Source: Candidatus Scalindua sp. (GTDB lineage: Bacteria; Planctomycetota; Brocadiia; Brocadiales; Scalinduaceae). From it: a stretch of DNA of 32,000 bases. The notes under the pieces were generated by a model. It was not told the origin of the DNA and searched no databases. It saw nothing but the letters and a program-made list of their open reading frames with translations. A program made the position numbers and the translations under genes. Shown piece after piece: positions 8,319-15,909 of this stretch. Each line of letters begins with the position of its first letter. The first letter of the stretch is position 1. The stretch lies in assembly GCA_031316235.1 (NCBI GenBank), contig JALDRA010000001.1, positions 1,620,001 through 1,652,000 of the forward strand, given 5' to 3'.

Positions 8319-9647
8319 TATTTTCTGCAAAATACCAGGTATTTCCCGATAGTCTTCAACCCATATCATGCTAAGCCCAAGTTCATTTGCATCTTGCTCT
8401 TCAAGGAGCAGTGCTAGCTGATCCATTGGGTCACGCGTTTTGGAATTGGATGGTACTTTCTTAATGAAATAGTGATTCAACGACTTGTCGGGATTTTTTC
8501 TATTGGCAACATCGAGCAAGCGCCTAAGATTCGGATCAGTTAAGCTCAGGCCAATAAACAGACATGTATTCTGACTCAACTTGTTTAACTGGATAAGGTT
8601 AGACCAGCTAAATGGCTCAATAAATTGGCTATGATAAGCATCTTCACTAAATACTACCTCCATATTTGGAGGGATTCGGCCTTTACGTGGAAGAAAACCG
8701 TGTACGTGATATACCGGTAATTCACTTGGTGAGTTACGCACCCCCTCACCATAAACCGCTTTATGGTTTATGTTTTGCTTCTCTAAATTTTCTTCTAACA
8801 AAGCATCAAAGTTAAAAGTAATTATTGAATCAAGTGGTTTACCATCTCTTTGAGGACGGGAAAGATCAACTATGGAATCTAAAATCTCGCAGGACTTTGG
8901 ATCGGATGCATATAGAGCGTCTCTGAGCTCTTTTAGGAAGTCCTTTCCAAGGTTGGTTTTTAGATACTTGCCCACCACAAGAGATGAAGGAGAATACCTT
9001 GAATGGAATTTATTGGCATCTAAATCCGCCATTGGTAAGGCGTGATCTGATGACATCCTCGACATCATTTCACTTAACAGCCTAAGTAATAAATCATTCC
9101 ACGATGGTACACCTGCACCCACGGACACACCTGCACCGCATACCAATGTCAAGCGGCCTCCATGTAGTGCCTTAGCGAGGTCTATTATCTTATTTTCTCT
9201 AACATCTTCCTTTTGTTCCTTTTGTATTTCCTCATCTGAGTGATCTGACTCCTCTCGACCCTCTTTTGTTATTGTGGCAACAAGGTTACGGATACCAAAT
9301 TCTATATCCGACGAAATATCAGCATAAACATAATTAGATAGATAACTTGGGATCGGTCCGTTATCTATTAAAACAGGGATTATTCTCGTTGTTTGCTTAG
9401 ATAGCTCATTAAATGCTATCGCAGAAAACTCATGCATCACCCATTTTGATTTTGATGAGTTTCGGCTAACTATCAGAATCACTATATCAGCTGACTTAAC
9501 GCCTTCTGATATTTTCTTTAGAAGGTTGTCACCAGCTTTTAAGCTCCACGAGTCATACCATACCTCATGGTTTGCTTCCTGTAGCTTATTTGCTAATAGC
9601 GAAGCGTATTTTTTATCTTGGCTGCTATAGCTGATGAATATCTTCAT
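8286..9647 (-). CDS. TIR-SIR2 fusion protein (putative NAD-consuming defence effector)
   Basis: The N-terminus MKIFISYSSQDKKYA...SKWVMHEF is TIR-like and has a conserved Glu. The C-terminal half is SIR2_2-like: LVCGAGVSVGAGVPSWNDLL, ITFNFDALLE, VYHVHGFL, LFIGLSLTDPNLRRLL. Confidence 0.8.
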   Translation of the reverse strand: MKIFISYSSQDKKYASLLANKLQEANHEVWYDSWSLKAGDNLLKKISEGVKSADIVILIVSRNSSKSKWVMHEFSAIAFNELSKQTTRIIPVLIDNGPIPSYLSNYVYADISSDIEFGIRNLVATITKEGREESDHSDEEIQKEQKEDVRENKIIDLAKALHGGRLTLVCGAGVSVGAGVPSWNDLLLRLLSEMMSRMSSDHALPMADLDANKFHSRYSPSSLVVGKYLKTNLGKDFLKELRDALYASDPKSCEILDSIVDLSRPQRDGKPLDSIITFNFDALLEENLEKQNINHKAVYGEGVRNSPSELPVYHVHGFLPRKGRIPPNMEVVFSEDAYHSQFIEPFSWSNLIQLNKLSQNTCLFIGLSLTDPNLRRLLDVANRKNPDKSLNHYFIKKVPSNSKTRDPMDQLALLLEEQDANELGLSMIWVEDYREIPGILQKIALTSSSSGRS

Positions 9648-9668
9648 TGTTTTTGATCCGTGTGTATT

Positions 9669-9742
9669 GCCCTAACGTTGCGCTCTGCGGAAATTTTGGA
9701 GCGCAGCGGAAAAATTGTCCGACAGCAGCGCCTTGTTATAAC
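9669..9742 (-). other. attC-like recombination site C (74 bp)
   Basis: Minus strand: GTTATAAC-aag-GCGCTgCTGtCGGA-loop-TCCGCAGAGCGC-aac-GTTAGGGC. It starts 3 nt after the upstream stop and has two unpaired bases (g, t) in the 5' arm. Confidence 0.75.
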
Positions 9743-9744
9743 TT

Positions 9745-10482
9745 TTAACCAACAATCTTCTTTTGCCTCTCGTACTCTGAATTTAGCTGTAAAAAAAGAG
9801 CATTAATATGATTGAATAAAATGCTATTTATTTCTCTGAACTCAGACTTCTTTTCAGATAAAACTTTTTTGAGACGCTCCGTTCGTATATGCTTGTATGC
9901 TTTCACTTGATCCTCGTCATCAATGTGCTCGAAATTATTAAGATAAAACAACTCAATTTTATTTAAGTCTTTATCAATTAACGAATGCCGATGAATAAGT
10001 GTATGTCTGATTTGCTCGTGCTCACTTAGATATTTGCTAATGGCTTTAACTGCCTTAAGAATTTCTGGGCGGTGTTGAACCTTATAGTTGCTGACTATTA
10101 CGCCATGATTTACATTTGCTTCATTAATGCACAGATGAAATACAGCATTTACCAACTGAAGAACTCGATCGTGTACAGATTTTATACGAATTAAGTAGTT
10201 TTCAATATTGTAAATTAGATGATCTGCCCGTGAAGCTTCTTTTTTTGAGTAATCAAAGTTCGATAGCAGCTCAATAGCTAAATCGAGTTGCCTACACCAA
10301 GAAATTGTATTAACTAGATAGAAACCTACTTTCTGGACGTAGTATTGATATTCAGATAATTCGATATCTTCAGGAAGCTCCGTAGCTAGTTTATCAACTT
10401 CGATGTCAGAAAATGCTACCTCTCCGTCTTTAAGAACAGATACCAAGAAAGAATTTTCATCTAATTCCGTAAATTTACTCAT
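9745..10482 (-). CDS. Hypothetical alpha-helical protein with a HEPN-like Rx4H motif
   Basis: ATG at 10482 preceded by AGGAG. EQIRHTLIHRHS gives R-x4-H at residues about 160-165. I tentatively recall similarity to the Cthe_2314-type HEPN family (YNIENYLIRIKSVHDRVLQLVN). Confidence 0.45.
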   Translation of the reverse strand: MSKFTELDENSFLVSVLKDGEVAFSDIEVDKLATELPEDIELSEYQYYVQKVGFYLVNTISWCRQLDLAIELLSNFDYSKKEASRADHLIYNIENYLIRIKSVHDRVLQLVNAVFHLCINEANVNHGVIVSNYKVQHRPEILKAVKAISKYLSEHEQIRHTLIHRHSLIDKDLNKIELFYLNNFEHIDDEDQVKAYKHIRTERLKKVLSEKKSEFREINSILFNHINALFLQLNSEYERQKKIVG

Positions 10483-10493
10483 CACACTCCTGA

Positions 10494-10619
10494 GTTATAA
10501 CGTTTTGCATAAGCAACCACCACCTGTGCGTATGCTTGCAAGAGAAACTTAAAGCGGTAGCCTTGATAAATATTAAACCGCATAGTTATTGGTGGTTGAC
10601 TTAATGTGATTGTTATGTG
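10494..10619 (-). other. attC-like recombination site B (126 bp)
   Basis: Minus strand: CACATAAC-aatca-CATtAAGtCAACCACCA-long loop-TGGTGGTTGCTTATG-caaaac-GTTATAAC. Spacers are 5 and 6 nt, and there are two unpaired T in the 5' arm. Confidence 0.7.
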
Positions 10620-11358
10620 ATTTTTAATATCCTTTAGAATATTATATAATATTTCTTGTTTCTCATATTGCATTCGAAAAAAAATAAATCATCCCCCAAG
10701 AAGAACATTGGCATATGTGGTAACGAAAAGACCGAGACAGAACCAACCGAGAAGCGACTGAATAGTAGCAAGCATCTGGGTAGCTGGACGGCAGGGATCA
10801 ATATCACCAAAGCCAAGCGTACTAAAAGTCGTTGCAGAAAAATAGATACATTGAAAAAGTGCGGAATCAAATGGTTTATCACATTCTTTTTTAATTGTAA
10901 TAATACATTTCTTAAGAAAGAGAAAAAACATTGGCACACTATAAATTTTATGTTTGTTTTGAACTTTAACTTCACAAGAGGAAAAAAATTTACTACTTAA
11001 CTTAAAAACGCTAATAATGAATTGGCTTGGATAAACTTCAACAAATTTTCTAGCAGGATCACGGAGCAACTGAAGGCCTGTGGGATTTAGAAGATAATAA
11101 AGCAGAGCAAAAACGATGATAATTACACCTCCCGTTGGAAATATTCGCAAAGGTCGAACACCAAATCCGCATATCAGCCAGTTTAGGTTGTTGAAAATCC
11201 ATATAAAGGGACTTACCGGTAGTTTCTCCCAAGCTGGATAGTTTTTTCTCTCCCAATTTTTATACTCGTAAAAAGCTTCTAAAGCAATATCGGGTCTACC
11301 AGCATTTTTGATACTATCCATTAGAGGATAGTAAGTTCTTTTTCGATCAATATCCCTA

Positions 11359-12579
11359 GTGTCACGTCAAGCTAGAATTGTCGTATATAATAGATTATAA
11401 TATCTTCATAATTAAATTTTTTTCGGGAGATTTAGATTATGAAGAAATACATAGTAACTCTTGATTGCGATGAACGTAACAGGCTTGTTGCTTTAACGTC
11501 TAAAGGGATGCATAGATCCCAAAAGATACTCAATGCATTACTATTATTAGCTTGCGACCAGGGTGAGTATCAGGGCAAACGTTCGACCAACGTTGAAATT
11601 GCCCGTGTTCTTAAAATAAGCATGAAGAAAATTGACCGGGTAAAGAAAAGATTTGTTGAAGAAGGTTTTGAAGTTGCGCTTAATGGACGCAAAGGCAATC
11701 GAGTATATGAAAAGAAGACAGATGGTGACTTTGAAGCCCACCTGGTAGCGTTAAGTTGTAGCGAGCCGCCAGAAGGTTTTGCAAGATGGTCTCTGCGATT
11801 ATTAGCAGACAAGGTAGTAGAACTTGAATATACTGACAAAATTTCCCACGAAACAATACGCCGTATATTAAAAAAAACGAAATTAAGCCCTGGCAACGAA
11901 AAGGTTGGGTAATACCGCCAAAAGAAAACGGCAGTTTTGTCGCTAACATGGAAATGGTGCTGGATGTATACAAACGTCCATATGACGCTAAGTATCCAGT
12001 AATATGTATGGACGAGTCACCAAAGCAACTTATATCAGAGACAAAGATGCCAATTTCTGCTTCACCAGGGCAACCGGCTAAGTATGACTATGAATATAAG
12101 CGTTGTGGAGTGTGTAATATTTTTCTGGCCTTTGAACCATTGGCCGGGAAACGTATAGTAAAAATAACAGAAAGAAGAACTAAACAAGATTGGTCCTATT
12201 TTCTGGAAGACGTTGTTAATACATATGGTCATGCGAACAAAATAACATTAGTAATGGACAACTTGAATACTCATGATGCTGGATCGTTGTATGAAACGTT
12301 TGTGCCGGATAAAGCAAAGGAAATTTTAGATAAATTTGAGTTTGTCTACACCCCAAAGCATGGTAGCTGGTTAAATATGGCAGAAATCGAGTTGAATGTA
12401 CTTGCTGGACAGTGTTTAAACAGGCGGATTGATAATATTACAAAGATAAAAAAAGAAGTACAGTCATGGCAGAAATTTAGAAACAATAAGAAATCAAAGG
12501 CTAACTGGCAGTTTACTACGATTGATGCCAGGATAAGATTATCTAAACTTTACCCGACACTTGATGATTGACGTGACAC
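11359..12579 (+). mobile_element. IS630-family insertion sequence (1221 bp)
   Basis: 12-bp perfect terminal inverted repeats: GTGTCACGTCAA at 11359-11370 and TTGACGTGACAC at 12568-12579. TA is duplicated at 11357-58 and 12580-81 within a CTAG target. Confidence 0.9.
11439..12571 (+). CDS. IS630-family DDE transposase, two frames joined by a -1 shift at an A8 run
   Basis: ORF1 is the HTH part and ORF2 the DDE part. Shifting -1 at 11870-11877 reads LKKNEIKPWQRKGWVIPPKENGSFVANMEMVLDVYKRPYD, which is the canonical IS630 junction. Confidence 0.85.
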
Positions 12580-13518
12580 TAGATAAAAAATTTACATTTT
12601 TTTTGTCATCGAAAGAAAGGAGACCTGCAAGTTGGGACCAATCAGTAAAAGAAAGTCTTGAGTGAGATGACCAACCTAGCTGAATTGTACCATTGAACTT
12701 AGTTTTATGAAAAGCCCCAAATTCTCTAAAACTTGAATTTGGGAAAAAAACAGAACCTTCAAATTCAGTAAAAGAAAAATATGTATCCCCACGAAATTTA
12801 GTTCCATCAAAAACTGCATCACTTTTAAACTTAGCTCTCATAAACTGAGCATCTTCATCAAAATGTGATTTAGTAAAGTCTACTTTCTGATAAAATTCTG
12901 TACTCCAGAAATCAGCCTGCTTACCAAACTTTACCGCAAAGAATTTTATAACTTTACTTTTTCCCTTGTTAGTATTAGCGAATTTAGCATTACTAAAGCC
13001 AGAGCCTTCTTTAAAATTTGCATAAGAGAAGTCAGTTTTTCCATAAAAAATTGATTTATGAAAATCAGCCATTTTTTCAAAGTTTGTTGCAAAGAAATTT
13101 GTTGAATTCTTGAAAATAGAATCGCGAAAAGATATTTCTTTTTTTATATGTAAACCATGAAAACCAACATCACTATCAAAAACGGATGAGACTATTGATA
13201 TTTCCCTTTTAATGTCAAATAATTCTCCTTCATTTCCTGGAATCGATAATTTTCCTATTACCCACAACTTTGACACTTTTAATGGTGTATTGGTATCTTT
13301 TATAATTTCTTTTCTAAGATTTTCTGCTGTTACCCAATAATATCCATCCTTTTTTAGTTCACCTGAAATGTAAATGTTGCAACCAGGGGAAGCGTCTTTG
13401 TATGCCATCACAGTTCCTGGCAATCCCACTATTAGGTGAATTATCAAGATACTAAGCCAAAATACTAATATCACAGAATGGTTGGTAAGATTAGTAATTA
13501 TTTTTTTCTTATAAGTTA

Positions 13519-13607
13519 ACATAACGCCTCGCATCACCGGGCGCAAAAAGCAGAGCGAGGAACGAGCGGCGCTTTTTGCGATCCGAGTGCATGCGATTGT
13601 TAGGGGC
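13519..13607 (-). other. attC-like recombination site A (89 bp)
   Basis: Minus strand: GCCCCTAAC-aat-CGCATgCACtCGGatCGCAAAAAGC-loop-GCTTTTTGCGcCCGGTGATGCG-aggc-GTTATGT. It starts 2 nt after the upstream stop. The ATG of the next cassette lies inside R'. Confidence 0.75.
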
Positions 13608-13608
13608 T

Positions 13609-14304
13609 TTAGCCTTGCTCACGCCCCGACCGTTCACGAAGTGTTTTTACTGCGTAGGCACCGCCAGCGAGAAACACCCCCGCGCCAGCTAAGATGCCGC
13701 CTATAATTTCACCTACGTTGAATTCAATATTTACGGTTGGCTTTTCCGCCCACCCAAGATAAACGATGTAACCAACTATCACGCTGATTAGCCCAAAGAT
13801 TGCAACGTAGAGCCAGTTAACAGCGGATTTCTTCTTGCCGGTGGTCGATTTTATTCTTCGCCTGACGCTAGACAACTTCTTGAGAAGTTGCCATTTTCTA
13901 GCCCAAGCTCGATTTTGCTTTTGAATGGATTTTGTTTCTGGATCAATAGATGAGGCAGTGAGCTCATCAATTGAAGATTTCAGCATTGGGTAGAGAACCG
14001 CATTCTTTTTAGAATTGAGATAGCCTCTCTCTTTATCAGTGACCTGAATAGGTCGAACAATACCATCTTTCGATGTCCGAAAAACAAGGTGCCTATGAAG
14101 CACCATGCGCGTGAGGCCAAAGCTGTCGTGCTCTTGATGTTTGAAATTAAAGTTATCAACGATTTCCTTCGCGTTGACGCCGTCATATTCTGAGGCTGCC
14201 ATTAGTTGGCAATACAATGAAATGCGCGCCTGAGGTGACAAAGCGGTCGCATAGGATGCGATCCACTTCCTATATTGTTCAAGTTTTTCTTCGTATTCAG
14301 GCAC
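13609..14304 (-). CDS. Hypothetical membrane-anchored protein (231 aa)
   Basis: GTG start with GAGGAACAGCA upstream. A soluble N-terminal domain of about 110 aa is possibly winged-helix-like. It is followed by a Lys/Arg-rich linker and two C-terminal hydrophobic helices (WLYVAIFGLISVIVGYIVYL, IIGGILAGAGVFLAGGAYAV). Confidence 0.6.
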   Translation of the reverse strand: MPEYEEKLEQYRKWIASYATALSPQARISLYCQLMAASEYDGVNAKEIVDNFNFKHQEHDSFGLTRMVLHRHLVFRTSKDGIVRPIQVTDKERGYLNSKKNAVLYPMLKSSIDELTASSIDPETKSIQKQNRAWARKWQLLKKLSSVRRRIKSTTGKKKSAVNWLYVAIFGLISVIVGYIVYLGWAEKPTVNIEFNVGEIIGGILAGAGVFLAGGAYAVKTLRERSGREQG

Positions 14305-14340
14305 TGCTGTTCCTCGCCCCTAACAGTTAAATATACAACT

Positions 14341-14389
14341 ACTATGATATCAGAAATATACGGCAGCCGTATATTTCTGATATCATAGT
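14341..14389. repeat. 49-bp perfect palindrome
   Basis: ACTATGATATCAGAAATATACGGC-A-GCCGTATATTTCTGATATCATAGT. The arms are 24 bp with no mismatch. Confidence 0.9.
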
Positions 14390-14689
14390 CATCGTTTATA
14401 TTATTTTAAAGCAATTTTCAAGTGAAATTTCAAAGTTTTTAGAAACAACTTGACTTTCAACTGCTTTCACCTAAAGAAAAAAACAACAAGCCGTTGATCT
14501 ATTATGGATGATATGGAGGTGTGTTATGGAAAACAAATTGTAGTAACGCAAGCATTTTTCATATGTGACAGGTATTTCTGCTCTTACTACATAAATGTTT
14601 TGATTATACCCGTCACAAATTTTAATAATTGAATTAAAGCACTTTTTTTATACTATGAGGGAACTTTCACTCCTTTTCCCTGTCTAACT

Positions 14690-14818
14690 AGTGGTTGAAC
14701 GAAAACTACCCATCTACGGCGTTGCTGTAACAATTTCGTAATCCTCAAGTACAAATTGTACGTTCCGGTTACGAAATTGTTACGCGCCTTGTATCTGGGC
14801 AGTTTTCTTTCAACCACT
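14690..14818. repeat. 129-bp imperfect palindromic element
   Basis: The arms pair as GTGGTTGAA/GAAAACT/CCCA/GTAACAATTTCGTAA/GTACA blocks separated by internal loops. GTCTAAC (14682-14688) lies just outside the left arm. Confidence 0.8.
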
Positions 14819-14862
14819 GGGTTTCCGTTCAAGCACTAATTATGTGATAACTGCAAAGGATA

Positions 14863-15423
14863 ATGGATAACGTAACAGAAAAGACAATTACCATGGCGTC
14901 AGAAGGAGACATTGATTCATTTGAGACTATCTATAATGAGTATTCCGGCTTAGTCCATAATGTTGCATTTCGGATTGTTCGTAATAGTGATGAGGCACAA
15001 GAGGTTACTCAAGAGGTGTTTCTTGCCGTGTACCGCAAACTTAAGACTTTTAAGTTTCAATCCTCTTTTAAGACATGGATTTACCGGATAGCGGTTAATT
15101 TTGCCCTCAACTATGCAAAAAAAGAGTTGAGAAACCAAGGCAGTACGGTTGAATTTAATAATAATACGCCGCTCAATAAAGCCATCGATTCCATAGATGA
15201 AACTATCGAAAAAGAGCAGCATGAGAAAAAAATATCCACTTTACTGGAGGCTCTCAATCCGGACCAGAGAGCCTGTATCGTATTAAGGAGCCTGGAAGGT
15301 CTCAGTTATCAGGAAATAGCGGACTCATTAAACATTAATGTGAATACCGTACGTTCCAGGCTCAAGCGAGCCAGGGAAAAACTTGTCACTTTAAGAGAAG
15401 AGATGGTGAAAAATGAAATGTGA
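14863..15423 (+). CDS. ECF-type RNA polymerase sigma-70 family factor
   Basis: Region 2 (FETIYNEYSGLVHNVAFRIVRNSDEAQEVTQEVFL) and region 4 HTH (LSYQEIADSLNINVNTVRSRLKRAREKL). Confidence 0.85.
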   Translation: MDNVTEKTITMASEGDIDSFETIYNEYSGLVHNVAFRIVRNSDEAQEVTQEVFLAVYRKLKTFKFQSSFKTWIYRIAVNFALNYAKKELRNQGSTVEFNNNTPLNKAIDSIDETIEKEQHEKKISTLLEALNPDQRACIVLRSLEGLSYQEIADSLNINVNTVRSRLKRAREKLVTLREEMVKNEM

Positions 15424-15904
15424 AACGGTTAAAGAGCTAATCCTAACCGATTATGTCGATGAACAGCTGAGCGAAGAGAAAAAAAAGCTGGTTGAGCAAC
15501 ACTTAACAATGTGCGAGCATTGCCGAGAGTACGGACTTTTAACGAAAGAGTTCGTTATTGAACCATTCAATTACGCAGAACGTATTAATCCTCCTATGGC
15601 TGCATGGCATACGATTAAGGAACAGATTGAAGGAGAAGAGCGAGAAGGACCCTGTTCCGGTTTGATCTTTAAGATTAAGACCTTTCTGTTTATTCCAAAG
15701 CCAGCCTTGGCTGTTGCTTCGGTAGTAGTTGTATTACTTCTTATGCTTACTCTTATAAAGTCACCATCGAATAACCAGACTACGCTGAATGGAGACCCTG
15801 AGAATCAGGTTGAGTGCATAACTTATTTATTAAGCATTTTTGACCAGGATTCAGCAAACGAAAATGACGATCTCGGAACTTCCATAGAGGACTTTTTCTT
15901 ATAA
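15413..15904 (+). CDS. Anti-sigma factor (zf-HC2 type, single TM)
   Basis: Overlaps the sigma gene by 11 nt. H-x3-C-x2-C motif HLTMCEHCREY and a central TM helix LAVASVVVVLLLMLTLI. Confidence 0.75.
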   Translation: MKCETVKELILTDYVDEQLSEEKKKLVEQHLTMCEHCREYGLLTKEFVIEPFNYAERINPPMAAWHTIKEQIEGEEREGPCSGLIFKIKTFLFIPKPALAVASVVVVLLLMLTLIKSPSNNQTTLNGDPENQVECITYLLSIFDQDSANENDDLGTSIEDFFL

Positions 15905-15909
15905 TGAAT

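Larger units (their letters stand above)
10689..13522 (-). pseudogene. Pentapeptide-repeat / two-TM K+-channel fusion gene interrupted by an IS630-family element
   Basis: The N-terminal part (13522-12581) has a TM anchor and many A(D/N)FxxxxF-type pentapeptide repeats. The C-terminal part (11357-10689) has the selectivity filter TLGFGD. Removing the IS and one TA joins the two parts in frame, giving about 536 aa. Confidence 0.85.
8256..14324 (-). mobile_element. Integron-type gene-cassette array (four cassettes, no integrase in window)
   Basis: Four ORF-plus-attC-like units. Each cassette's 5' TTRRRY.. is the reverse complement of the inverse core of its own attC (9/9, 7/8, 8/8, 8/8). See findings. 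Confidence 0.8.

Noticed and set aside
10482-10673. 63-aa minus-strand ORF between the channel and HEPN-like genes
   Set aside because: It lies entirely across the attC-like palindrome B and has no coding signal. Likewise, ORFs 10634-10975(-) and 10656-11000(+) overlap the channel gene and are AT-rich artefacts.
14690-14818. Calling the 129-bp palindrome a fifth attC
   Set aside because: Only the GTTAGAC side fits. There is no convincing RYYYAAC partner. The putative cassette 14681-14325 has no ORF and no inverse core complementary to its 5' end, unlike the four accepted cassettes. It is kept as an open finding, not a feature call.
14325-14862. Search for an integron integrase/attI next to the first cassette
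   Set aside because: There is no ORF of adequate size and no tyrosine-recombinase motifs anywhere in the window. The region holds only palindromes and AT-rich DNA, so the array is described as integrase-less rather than a complete integron.
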